The notes: generated by a model not told the origin, from the letters alone. DNA of 51,697 nt from Phycisphaera mikurensis NBRC 102666 (GCA_945890745.1 CAMDCW010000001.1:1-51697), one strand, 5' to 3'. Positions 28,531-37,912 are shown, counted from the first letter of the stretch. Program-made: numbers and translations.

Positions 28531-31500
28531 ATGACGATGAACAATACGCACCCAACTTCAGAGACCACCACCACCGATGGGGTGTTGGTTGCGATTGGAA
28601 ACACCCGATCAGCGGTTCGCCGAGCCTTGGTGATCGAGCGCCTTTCACAAGCAATAGCGTTTGGACTGCTTGCTGTTGTTGTGGCGGTGGTACTTGATCG
28701 ACTGCTTCGGTTACCGCCGTTCATTCGTGTTGTTGAATTGGCAATGCTTGTTGGCGGCGGAGTCGTTTGGTTTGTACTGAAGGTATTGCCCGCGTTTCAG
28801 TTCTCACCATCGCTGGTTGAGGTTGCACTGTGGCTTGAACGTGGGAGTGCGGCAGCACGCGGGAAACTGGCGGCGGGTGCAGATTTGGCACAGTCGCAAG
28901 CCGCACAAGGGCCCACCACCAATCCATTGACCTCCATGGTGATTGATGATGCACGGGCCATTTCTCAGACGACAACGCATCAACGTGTGAATCAACAGCC
29001 TGCAAAGCGCGCTGCAACTGCGGCAAGTATGGCGATCACCACACTGGTGTTGTTGTTGGTCTTTGCGCCTGAAACATCAAAGACAGCGCTACTGCGCTTA
29101 CTGACGCCATTCTCCGATATTCAATGGCCAGCTCGCACGATGGTTGAGCCAGCCATGGCTTCGTTGGTTCATCCGCGTGGTGTTGCACTTTCGTTGCGCG
29201 CGCAATCAGTGCGTGGAGACGCTGCAGATATGCGTGTGGAGGCGGAGTACCGGCTGATGCGCGATGGCAGTGGCGAGTGGCGCAAAGCGCTTCTCTCGGC
29301 GCAGCCAGATGGTGCGTTTGAGCGCTTGGTAGAGACTGATGGTGAATCGATAGAGGTGCTCTTTCGTACAGAAGATATGGAGACACTGCCAATCGTGATT
29401 CGGCTTGTTCCGCCACCAGTGGTGGAGGTGGCACGCGCTACCGTGACACCGCCGCCCTACTTGAGCGGCAAGGTAGATGTTCGAACCATTGAGCTTGGAA
29501 CTGGAACTGACCGGCGCGCCACAGTGTCGCCGCCGGTACTTACTGGATCAACCATCACTATCGACGCTGATATGCGTGGCACAAGCGCTGTACCAACAGA
29601 TCCGTCTGCGCGTGTGTTGTGGCTTGCAGAAACCATCTCTATTGTCGGAGTGGATGGTGCACAGATCACCCCGCAGTTCACGGTCGATGGAAGCAATCAG
29701 ACCCACTGGAGCATGAGTTGGATTGCAAATGGCCGCGGTGTGCTTGAGTTGAAACCACGTGGCGCCGATGGCATTCTTCCCTCAGAGCGAATTGCATTTG
29801 AGATACCAGCAATTGATGACGCGCCCCCAACAATCACCATTGTCGAACCCACCGCTGATGAAACCGTGACACCCGCAGCTACCCCACTCGTTGTTGCAGA
29901 GGGTCGAGATGACTTTGGCGTGAAGCGATCGTGGATTGATGTGTCGGTGACTCGCAACGACACACCGTCACGGCGTGTTGCAACGGTCGAAGGGACGCAA
30001 GGAACGAGCGCGCGTGTTGAAACAACACTGCTGCTTTCAGATTTTTCTGTAGAACCTGGTGACCGGGTGGTCTGTGTTGGAAATATCACCGATGCATTTG
30101 AAAGCAATGGATCGCCAAGACCAGCAGTGGTGAGTTCGCCCCGCGTGTTTCGGGTGATTTCCGCGAGTGAACTTTCCGCGCAGGTGCGTTCGCGTCTTGG
30201 GCAGATGCGCGAGGCCGCCAGCCGACTACGCGAGGAGCAGGCTGGTATTGCCGACGCAATGAAGGATGTTGTCGAGCGGACCAAGGCGAACGGCGCTGCG
30301 GCAACTGAAGCAGAGCGAGCACAGATCGCTGGGTCTGAGGGCCGAATGGCTGATCGAATCGCTTCGTTCGAGCGCTCGTTGGCGGAACTTGCTTCCAAAC
30401 TTGAGCGCAACAAGACCGACGGCGAGGGGCTTTCCGAAACGATTCAAGAGGCCAGTGAGTTAGCGCGCACGGCATCACAACGATCTCAAGAGGGTGCCAC
30501 AGCGTTGCCAGACGCCTCACTTGGTACCGAAGCGGCGGAGCGAGCAAGTGAGTCAGAAAGCGCACTGGCAGACCTTGAAACAGCGCTGCAGCGCGATCGG
30601 GAGACAGCAGAACTGACTCGTCGTATTGACAAACTTGCGGAGCGCATTGACGCCGCAAGCAAGGACATCCGCGCTGCTGCCGAGAAGTCTGTTGGAAAGC
30701 AACGCAACCAACTTTCAGAAGAGACAAAGGCATTGATGGATCGGTCCGCGCAGGCACAGCGCGAAGCAGCAGCAGAGGCGCGAGCCCTCGCGGAAGATCT
30801 TGGTAAACGCGCTGAGGAGATTCAAACACAAGAGAAGCCTGATCAAGGTGCAGCGGAAGCGATGCGTGAGGCGCAACGTGAGGCGGATGACCGTGGTTTG
30901 GCTCGGCAACTTGAACAAGCCGCACAGCAAACTGAGCAAAATCAGATGCAAAGCGCGCAACAATCGCAGCAGCAGGCGCAACAAGCAGTTCAAGCCATGC
31001 AGCAGGCAATGAAGAATCAAAGTAAGCGGCGCACCGAAGAACTTGAGCGGCGGATCACTGATGTGGTTGACGCTTTGCGATCACTCTTGGGGACGATAGA
31101 GACCAACACACTCACTATGCAGAAGTTGACCGCTACTGATGTTGCGGAGGTCTCTCGTCTCGCCAAACTCATGCTGCAACTGTCTCGGAATGCCTCAGGA
31201 ATTGCCGAGAATGCGGCCGCCGCGGGGCAACCAATGCGTCGAGCCGCCACATTGATCATTCGTGGGGCGGAGCAACTTGATGCCGTGGCGACGTCTCTGC
31301 GCAAGGAAGTGGCTGATGTGGAACCAGCGCGGGAGTCGCTTGATGCGGCGCGCAACTCCATTCAAGAGGCACTTGCTTCCGCGCAGAAGGCTAAGAATGA
31401 CGCTGAGAAAGACGCGGAGAACCTACGTCGCGAAGAACTTCGCGGTGTGTATGAGCAAGTCTTGGAGCGGCAACGGAGTGCTCGCAGTGGCGCCGAGGCG

Positions 31501-32148
31501 ATCGTTCCAGCACCTGGAAAAACCCTTGACCGGCGTGGATTTGTTGAGAGCAAACGCATTGCAGCCGAGCAAGCAACCGTGACCGGGTTACTAACCACCA
31601 TCGGCGCTCGTGGGGATGTTTCAGGAAGCGAGCTGTACGCCACAAGCAATCAAGAGATGATTTCCGCCAGCACATTGGCTGGACAGGACCTCTCTGCATC
31701 GGCACTGTCACAACGGACCGTGTTGGTGCAACGAGAGGTAGAAGCAGCGTTGGCATCACTTATTGAGGCGCTCGCTGACCCACCAGAGGCAGATGATCCA
31801 TTCGCGGAGGCACCGAAAGATGCTGGTGGTCAACAACCACCAGGTGGCGGATCAATGGCCGGCGCGCCGCGCGTTCCACCGATGGCCGAACTTCGCCTGT
31901 TGCGCACCATGGCGCAGCGTGTTCTTGACGACACCAAGAGCGCGAGTGAGTTGCCAGAGGCTGATCGGGCTGCATACTTAACACGAATCGCCATGCGACA
32001 GAAACGCCTGACAGAACTCGGCGAGCGATGGGTGAAGGCGATGGAAGAGCAGTCACGTGGTCCAGATGTGAACATGGAGTCGCCAAAGCCACCAAACAAC
32101 GGTGAGGTTCCGACTACGGGTGATTCTGATTCAGGAGCGAAACCATGA
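28531..32148 (+). CDS. DUF4175-like giant membrane-anchored protein with a long E/A/Q/R-rich coiled-coil region
   Basis: ATG immediately follows the upstream TAA (28528-28530). 1205 aa. Two N-terminal TM helices are present. The central beta-rich part is followed by ~500 aa of heptad-like E/A/Q/R-rich sequence. The family call is from memory of the architecture, not from a search. Confidence 0.55.
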   Translation: MTMNNTHPTSETTTTDGVLVAIGNTRSAVRRALVIERLSQAIAFGLLAVVVAVVLDRLLRLPPFIRVVELAMLVGGGVVWFVLKVLPAFQFSPSLVEVALWLERGSAAARGKLAAGADLAQSQAAQGPTTNPLTSMVIDDARAISQTTTHQRVNQQPAKRAATAASMAITTLVLLLVFAPETSKTALLRLLTPFSDIQWPARTMVEPAMASLVHPRGVALSLRAQSVRGDAADMRVEAEYRLMRDGSGEWRKALLSAQPDGAFERLVETDGESIEVLFRTEDMETLPIVIRLVPPPVVEVARATVTPPPYLSGKVDVRTIELGTGTDRRATVSPPVLTGSTITIDADMRGTSAVPTDPSARVLWLAETISIVGVDGAQITPQFTVDGSNQTHWSMSWIANGRGVLELKPRGADGILPSERIAFEIPAIDDAPPTITIVEPTADETVTPAATPLVVAEGRDDFGVKRSWIDVSVTRNDTPSRRVATVEGTQGTSARVETTLLLSDFSVEPGDRVVCVGNITDAFESNGSPRPAVVSSPRVFRVISASELSAQVRSRLGQMREAASRLREEQAGIADAMKDVVERTKANGAAATEAERAQIAGSEGRMADRIASFERSLAELASKLERNKTDGEGLSETIQEASELARTASQRSQEGATALPDASLGTEAAERASESESALADLETALQRDRETAELTRRIDKLAERIDAASKDIRAAAEKSVGKQRNQLSEETKALMDRSAQAQREAAAEARALAEDLGKRAEEIQTQEKPDQGAAEAMREAQREADDRGLARQLEQAAQQTEQNQMQSAQQSQQQAQQAVQAMQQAMKNQSKRRTEELERRITDVVDALRSLLGTIETNTLTMQKLTATDVAEVSRLAKLMLQLSRNASGIAENAAAAGQPMRRAATLIIRGAEQLDAVATSLRKEVADVEPARESLDAARNSIQEALASAQKAKNDAEKDAENLRREELRGVYEQVLERQRSARSGAEAIVPAPGKTLDRRGFVESKRIAAEQATVTGLLTTIGARGDVSGSELYATSNQEMISASTLAGQDLSASALSQRTVLVQREVEAALASLIEALADPPEADDPFAEAPKDAGGQQPPGGGSMAGAPRVPPMAELRLLRTMAQRVLDDTKSASELPEADRAAYLTRIAMRQKRLTELGERWVKAMEEQSRGPDVNMESPKPPNNGEVPTTGDSDSGAKP

Positions 32149-32969
32149 TGAATCTGTGCATGTATGTGCTGAGTATGTCTGTTGCTGCGGCGCCACCAAC
32201 GGTTGTCCCAGTGCCAGTCCCAACACCGGTTCCAACCCCTGGCCAAGCACCACCATCAGTTCCAAATGTGCCTCCAGTGCCAGCTATGGCTGACAAACCA
32301 CCGTCGCTTGATGAAGCACTTGGACTTGGTGATGGTGGGAAACAATCAGACACCACCACGGATGCTTCTGAACTGCAGCGCAGTCTGGATGGTGCAAAGC
32401 CACGCGATATTTTGAACTCCGCCATCGACGACATGAAACACAGCGCGCAATTGTTAGAAGCGAACGATTCTGGAATTTCAACACGGCGCGTTCAAGAGTC
32501 GGTTGTTCGAAAGCTTGACGAACTTATCGCCACTGCGCAACGGATGAAACAACAACAATCACAGCAAGGCCAAGAGTCACAAGGCCAACAATCACAAGGG
32601 CAAAGTGGCAAGGGCAAGAATCAGGGTAAGGATCAAGGCGCCAAGGATGGCAAAGACGGTCAGGATGGCAAGAAGCCCGAACCGGGCGAGAATGGTCAAC
32701 CACGGGGTGGCCGCGATGGCAAGCAAGACCAAGACGGAGCTGATGGAAAGCGTCGCAAGGATGGTGATGCCACTTCAAATGAACCACCTGAACAAGCCGA
32801 TCCAACCATGAATAGCGCGCAGTTTGACGAGGCGCGCGCGGAGTGGGGGCGCCTACCACCACGTGTGCGTGAGGCGGTTCGCCAGGGATTACGGGATCCA
32901 ATGAGCGCTGCATACCGACAGTTGACTCAGGACTATTACCGGCGCCTGGCCGAGGAGCCGAAGCGATGA
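32145..32969 (+). CDS. Secreted low-complexity (Pro-rich, then Q/G/K/D-rich) protein with a conserved-looking basic C-terminal block
   Basis: ATGA overlap with the upstream stop. It has a signal-like N-terminus, a PVPVPTPVPTP stretch and a QGQESQGQQSQGQSGKGKNQGKDQG stretch. The C-terminus reads RLPPRVREAVRQGLRDPMSAAYRQLTQDYYRRLAEE. Confidence 0.5.
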   Translation: MMNLCMYVLSMSVAAAPPTVVPVPVPTPVPTPGQAPPSVPNVPPVPAMADKPPSLDEALGLGDGGKQSDTTTDASELQRSLDGAKPRDILNSAIDDMKHSAQLLEANDSGISTRRVQESVVRKLDELIATAQRMKQQQSQQGQESQGQQSQGQSGKGKNQGKDQGAKDGKDGQDGKKPEPGENGQPRGGRDGKQDQDGADGKRRKDGDATSNEPPEQADPTMNSAQFDEARAEWGRLPPRVREAVRQGLRDPMSAAYRQLTQDYYRRLAEEPKR

Positions 32970-34210
32970 TGTATCCACTCGTAGCAACTGTGGCCGCGTT
33001 GATATTGGCTCTGCAGCAACCAGCTGCATCTCCAGCATCGCCAGCATCTCCAGCATCGCCTTCGTCGCCTGTGTTACCTGCGTCTCCCGCGTCACCTGCG
33101 TCACCTGCGCCACCAGCGTCACCCGTGCCCACTTCACCCACTTCGACAACCACAGCAGTGGCACCGCCGACATCCGTCGCTCCAGAAAAATCAACCCCCA
33201 ATGTCGCCGCGGAACCAGAGGTCAAGCGACCTGTTGATGCTGGTGTCTCAGCACAGAACTCACCAAGTCAGAATGAAACTAACCCACAATGGCGAGACTC
33301 GGTCGAGCGCGGCTTAGAGTGGCTCGCACAGTCACAAAACCCTGACGGGAGCTTTGGTAAAGGTCGAATGAGTGGCAATGCGGGCATTGTTTCACTGTGT
33401 GCACTTGCACTGATGGGCGACGGGAACTTGCCAGGACGTGGTCGCTACGGCGCGGCGGTGGCACGAGCATTGGAATACGTATTGCAGCATGTCTCCGAGA
33501 GTGGTCTTGTATCAAGTGAGAACATGAATGGTCCGATGTATGGACACGGGTTTGCAGCGCTATTTCTAGGCGAAATCTATGGAATGTCCTCCGATGACGC
33601 CCGCGTCCGTGATGCGCTCACCCGAGCGATTCGCCTCATCGAGAACAGCCAAAATGATGAAGGTGGCTGGCGCTACAACCCTGTTCCTGATGATGCCGAC
33701 GTAAGTGTCACCATCTGCCAAGTCATGGCGCTGCGAAGTGCTCGCAATGCGGGAATCCGTATTCCCAAGCAGGTGATTGACAATGCGGTTCGCTATGTTC
33801 GCGAGTGCCAAAATCCGGATGGTGGGTTTCGATACATGCGCACGTCCGGGGCGAGTGGTTGGCCCCGTACAGCGGCGGGCGTAGCCACGTTGTTCTATGC
33901 GGGTGTGTACGACGATGATTCCATTCCACGTGGACTGGCCTATATTCGCCGCGCAGCCACACCCGATGGCGCGGGCCCGGCGGTTCAGGCGTATTACTTT
34001 TATGGCCACTACTACGCCGCGCAAGCCATGTATCTGGCGGGTGGTGATTGGTGGAAGATGTGGTGGCCACGGATCCAATCTGAGTTGATTCAACACCAAA
34101 ACGCTGACGGCAGTTGGTCTGATCCACAATGGGGCCAACCATTAGGAACGTCGATGGCGCTGATCATCATGCAGATGCCAAAACGTTACCTTCCAATTTT
34201 TCAAAAATGA
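32966..34210 (+). CDS. Prenyltransferase/squalene-oxidase-repeat (alpha/alpha-toroid, terpene-cyclase-like) protein with an N-terminal anchor and a (Pro-Ala-Ser)n linker
   Basis: ATGA overlap with the upstream stop. Four QxxDG(G/S)(F/W) repeats are present: QNPDGSFG, QNDEGGWRY, QNPDGGFRY and QNADGSWSD. Confidence 0.7.
   Translation: MMYPLVATVAALILALQQPAASPASPASPASPSSPVLPASPASPASPAPPASPVPTSPTSTTTAVAPPTSVAPEKSTPNVAAEPEVKRPVDAGVSAQNSPSQNETNPQWRDSVERGLEWLAQSQNPDGSFGKGRMSGNAGIVSLCALALMGDGNLPGRGRYGAAVARALEYVLQHVSESGLVSSENMNGPMYGHGFAALFLGEIYGMSSDDARVRDALTRAIRLIENSQNDEGGWRYNPVPDDADVSVTICQVMALRSARNAGIRIPKQVIDNAVRYVRECQNPDGGFRYMRTSGASGWPRTAAGVATLFYAGVYDDDSIPRGLAYIRRAATPDGAGPAVQAYYFYGHYYAAQAMYLAGGDWWKMWWPRIQSELIQHQNADGSWSDPQWGQPLGTSMALIIMQMPKRYLPIFQK
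33020..33139 (+). repeat. 9-nt periodic coding tandem repeat encoding (P-A-S)n / P-x-S-P
   Basis: Units read CCAGCATCG/CCAGCATCT x3, then CCTGCGTCT/CCCGCGTCA/CCTGCGTCA/CCTGCGCCA/CCAGCGTCA. The translation is PAASPASPASPASPSSPVLPASPASPASPAPPASPVPTSP. Confidence 0.6.
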
Positions 34211-35439
34211 ACATCAATCACCAAGCTCGTGTGAAGCAACAGGCACTGGGTGTGGCATTGGCGCTGTGGTGGTCGCCTGGATTGTGCAACACGAGCGGCG
34301 GAAGTGCGCAGGCGCAGGTTCCAGCAGAAATTCCCGACAAGATTGTGGTTCCAACACTGTCTAATCAACCGCAACAATGGGTTGGCAAAGATGAAACCAT
34401 TGCTCAAGATTTGACGTATTTGGTGGTTGGAACTGATGCTGTTGTTGGGCTTGTTTCACCAGATCAAACGCCCGGAGATTCAGCTTCAATGTCGGCGCTG
34501 CTGGCGAACACATCACTTGCAACCACAAACAACAGTGCACAACTGGTGTTGGTTGATGGCCAGCGAATTCCTGGCAAACTTGAGAATCGCCAAGGGGTGG
34601 CAACTTGGGTTTCATTGTGGTGCGCGCCGCGCGTACTTGTTACCGATGAGATTCGATCGCTTGCCTTTGGTCGAAACACGCCACCAGCAGCAATAGATAC
34701 GGATGTCATTCAGCTAAAGAATGGCGATCGCGTCGCTGGATTTATCAGTGCGATAAACCCACAGGCAGTCACGGTTGATGTTGGATCTGGAACAACCACC
34801 ACCCTCACAGTGGCCATGGACACCATTGCAGCGCTGAGTCTGGTTGGACCAAACAAGCCTCATACCGGAGCTCGTGTATGGCTGACTGATGGAACAGTGC
34901 TCGATGGACCATCAGTGAGTTGGATGAGTGCCAACTACTTGAGAATTATGGGTATTGCAGGAGCAAAGACACCAGTTGTCACGGTGCCGCGCGACCGCGT
35001 CTTGGCGGTGCAATCAACTCCAGATTCAGCAACGCCACTGGCAACACTCACGCCAGTGGCTTCCATTCCTCAAGGTTGCGATGGCTTTCGGTTTACAACT
35101 TCTATACCGACCGCAGCACCAGGAACATGGGCACTTGACGCGGCACCGCTTGAACTTGATGGTCCTGTTCTACTCACCTACCCAGCACAAGTGGTGAACA
35201 CCCGACTGGTGGCAGTGGCATACCGCATCCCAACAGCGCGGCTCGCCGGTAGTGTGGATATGGTCATTCGATCGGGTGGTAAGGAGTTACTTCGGGAGCG
35301 GTTTGAATCAAATCGAGCACGCGTGGAAATCCGGGTTGATCTACCGGTTGCGCCGTTCGAAATAGAGTTGCAGCCCGCCGATGGCAATGCTGTGGGTGAC
35401 ACAGTGACGCTGGAGCGGGCGGTCTTGTTTCCACGTTGA
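34207..35439 (+). CDS. Secreted hypothetical protein, last gene of the MoxR operon
   Basis: The ORF is open from 34129. ATG 34207 overlaps the upstream stop (ATGA 34207-34210) and gives a signal peptide (MNINHQARVKQQALGVALALWWSPGLC). The protein is beta-rich with recurring L-x-(D/N)G-x-x-(I/V/L)-x-G motifs. Confidence 0.5.
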   Translation: MNINHQARVKQQALGVALALWWSPGLCNTSGGSAQAQVPAEIPDKIVVPTLSNQPQQWVGKDETIAQDLTYLVVGTDAVVGLVSPDQTPGDSASMSALLANTSLATTNNSAQLVLVDGQRIPGKLENRQGVATWVSLWCAPRVLVTDEIRSLAFGRNTPPAAIDTDVIQLKNGDRVAGFISAINPQAVTVDVGSGTTTTLTVAMDTIAALSLVGPNKPHTGARVWLTDGTVLDGPSVSWMSANYLRIMGIAGAKTPVVTVPRDRVLAVQSTPDSATPLATLTPVASIPQGCDGFRFTTSIPTAAPGTWALDAAPLELDGPVLLTYPAQVVNTRLVAVAYRIPTARLAGSVDMVIRSGGKELLRERFESNRARVEIRVDLPVAPFEIELQPADGNAVGDTVTLERAVLFPR

Positions 35440-35455
35440 TCACAAAGGTCTTGCG

Positions 35456-37828
35456 TCATTTCCAACCACGAATGGTCCACAGTTGCAAGTGCAACCTGTG
35501 GAGGTCATCAATGGTCGTTCGTACCGCACAGTCATTTGGTGCCGTGGTGGTGAGCAACTTCGCGCGTGCAGCGAGCTTTGGGTCGCCAGACACCAGTACG
35601 GGTTTCACTGTCGGCAACCAATCTCGATGCCGAATTTCAACCATAAGACCACCGTTGTCATGTCGGGCCGCAGGGTTTGGTGGTGGCACAATTGCCTGCA
35701 TGGACATGTTGCCAAAATCGATCAGTTGCTTGTCGACCACAGAAAATATCGGGATCTTTCGCTCGGATATGGCATGAAGTACATCAGTCGGGAATCCATC
35801 ACGCGCACCGCGAAACGCAGCGAGGCAGCGGGTATCCATCACTACAGCGCCAACCTTGAATGCAAGAAGTACTTCAGGGACACCAGAGACCTCAGCCAGC
35901 GATCGCGACCCAATGACTAATCGATCAATGCGGCGAACACCAAGCGCAGCAAGCGCTGGCACCATCCGCCGCGAGCCAGCACTGGAGTCACCAGAAGTTC
36001 CAGCATCTACTAGGACAGTGATGGTGTCGGTGCGAATCAAATGGCACGCGCCACCGCCAACGGCGATCGATTCAATAAACACTTCACCACGACCGGGCGA
36101 TTGTGCGAATGGACGAAATGTCCCAAACCACAAACCAACAATCAAAGATGTTGTCACAAACCAACCAAGAATTCTGGATGTCTGGCCGGTGGCAATCCAT
36201 GCGGATACACAGGCAATCAAGGCGACAACAGTCCACCACACATCCGGTCGACCAGTGCACCATGTTCCACCAGGAGCCGAAGCAGCCATGGTTGCCGTGG
36301 CACCCAGGGTTGCGGCGCAGGTTGTCGCCATCGCACCACACAGGTGACCAATCGGTGGTGCAAGATCCATGGTGACAATCGCAGCAACACCAGCAATGGT
36401 GGTGATGGCGGCTGCCGGCATCGTTATGACACTGAGTGGAGCAGCCCAACCATTCATGGAACCGGCATGCCATACGGCGATGGGTGTACTGACTGTCCAT
36501 GCCACCAACGCGGCGATAAGCGCTTCAAGCATTGACGACCGCACAATCGATGCAGCTTCGCTAGTTGCAACACGCTTGAACGGAATATGAAGCCACCAAC
36601 GATGCGTTCGTTCATCCCAGCGCCGATGGACACGTGGGGTAATCACTAACAACGCAATGACCACCCCGTAACTCAACTGAAATCCAGCACCAGCAACGGC
36701 ATTGATATCAAGGAGCATGGTCACCAGGGCCACCAAACCAAGGGTTCCAAGACCACGGGCCTGACCGCCTCGGATTGATGCAATTGCTGCCAAACCAGCA
36801 CCTAAGCCGGCGCGAAGGACACTTGTGTCTGGTTCCGTAACAGCCAAGAACGCAACCGCCACCATCATGGCAATGATGGCGCGCCAGCGTGATGAAGCGC
36901 GCAGCAACTTTGCGGCACCAGCACAAGCAGCAATGAGCACCGCAACGTTGAACCCACTGATCGCAAGCACATGACTCATTCCGGCAGCGCGAAACTCTGC
37001 CGACGGTCGCGATAGTCCAGGCAGTCGAACGCCGGTTGTCATGGCAGCCACGAGCGCTCGACTCTCCGGCGACGCCCACTCCGGCATGGCGTTGGAAAGT
37101 GCTCGGTGAGTTGCGGTTCGAATACGAATCATCAGTGAATCAACCACACCGACATCCATAGGGGTAACCAACGTTGTGCTAGTAGTGGAAATACTTCCGA
37201 TAGCACGGCGAGCTCTGGATCCGGGATTCATGGTTGTTGACGGGGGCTCGTACCAACCACGCACACAGACGCGCATACCACGCGCGGGGAGAGGTGCAAG
37301 CCCGGAAACACGAACCAGGATTTCACAGTCGATTTCCCCGGGAATATCCACGCCAACCACAGAATTGACTCGCAACACGAACGATTGTGCGGCCGACCGG
37401 ATGGCGTACTTTGAAAGCCGGTCAGTACCACCATCATCCATACGTGCGGCAGAAGCGACCACACCAATCACGGTCACTGGTCGCTCACGCATTGAATCAA
37501 ACGGAGATGTCTGAACAGACGACACTGTTGCAAGTGCGCATCCAACAGCGGTAACCGTGAGTATCGTCAATGCGTCTCGTAACCACCGCGGTTTGACAAG
37601 CAGCGCCATAACGGACGCCGCGCATGCAACAACAACCGCAAATGTGACGCTAGCGGTCGCATAGCCCAATGACGAAACGTCAACAGTGGTTGGTACGTCT
37701 GGGAGGCGATCGACAATGCTCCGCGTGTTCCACACGATCGCCGCACCCCCCGCCATGGCGATGGCACAACGAAAGGCGAGTGGCCACCTTTCTTGTGGCG
37801 CTGGTTCATCACCCCTGACATCCATCAC
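35456..37828 (-). CDS. comEC: ComEC/Rec2-family DNA internalisation channel protein with a C-terminal MBL-like domain
   Basis: 790 aa and polytopic. The competence-domain block is AAGMSHVLAISGFNVAVL. The C-terminal part (FIESIAVGGGACHLIRT..VLVDAGT) resembles the ComEC beta-lactamase-like domain. Confidence 0.8.
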   Translation of the reverse strand: MMDVRGDEPAPQERWPLAFRCAIAMAGGAAIVWNTRSIVDRLPDVPTTVDVSSLGYATASVTFAVVVACAASVMALLVKPRWLRDALTILTVTAVGCALATVSSVQTSPFDSMRERPVTVIGVVASAARMDDGGTDRLSKYAIRSAAQSFVLRVNSVVGVDIPGEIDCEILVRVSGLAPLPARGMRVCVRGWYEPPSTTMNPGSRARRAIGSISTTSTTLVTPMDVGVVDSLMIRIRTATHRALSNAMPEWASPESRALVAAMTTGVRLPGLSRPSAEFRAAGMSHVLAISGFNVAVLIAACAGAAKLLRASSRWRAIIAMMVAVAFLAVTEPDTSVLRAGLGAGLAAIASIRGGQARGLGTLGLVALVTMLLDINAVAGAGFQLSYGVVIALLVITPRVHRRWDERTHRWWLHIPFKRVATSEAASIVRSSMLEALIAALVAWTVSTPIAVWHAGSMNGWAAPLSVITMPAAAITTIAGVAAIVTMDLAPPIGHLCGAMATTCAATLGATATMAASAPGGTWCTGRPDVWWTVVALIACVSAWIATGQTSRILGWFVTTSLIVGLWFGTFRPFAQSPGRGEVFIESIAVGGGACHLIRTDTITVLVDAGTSGDSSAGSRRMVPALAALGVRRIDRLVIGSRSLAEVSGVPEVLLAFKVGAVVMDTRCLAAFRGARDGFPTDVLHAISERKIPIFSVVDKQLIDFGNMSMQAIVPPPNPAARHDNGGLMVEIRHRDWLPTVKPVLVSGDPKLAARAKLLTTTAPNDCAVRTTIDDLHRLHLQLWTIRGWK

Positions 37829-37912
37829 TGGACGCTACGGAGGTATTGCGACGCACCAGAAATGACGGCTGAATTTCAGGTGTGATTTCAGATAAATCAA
37901 CAACCAGACTGT

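Noticed and set aside
29697-31009. Two long minus-strand ORFs (29697-30413 and 30086-31009), plus several 100-aa ORFs, antisense to the DUF4175-like gene
   Set aside because: They arise from the GAR/GCN/CAG-rich coiled-coil codons, which lack antisense stops. Their translations are Ser/Arg/Leu-rich nonsense, and they overlap each other.
32524-33225. 233-aa minus-strand ORF containing GDAGDAGDAG repeats
   Set aside because: It is the reverse-complement image of the (Pro-Ala-Ser)n repeat and the Q/G/K-rich region of two coupled plus-strand genes. It is not an independent gene.
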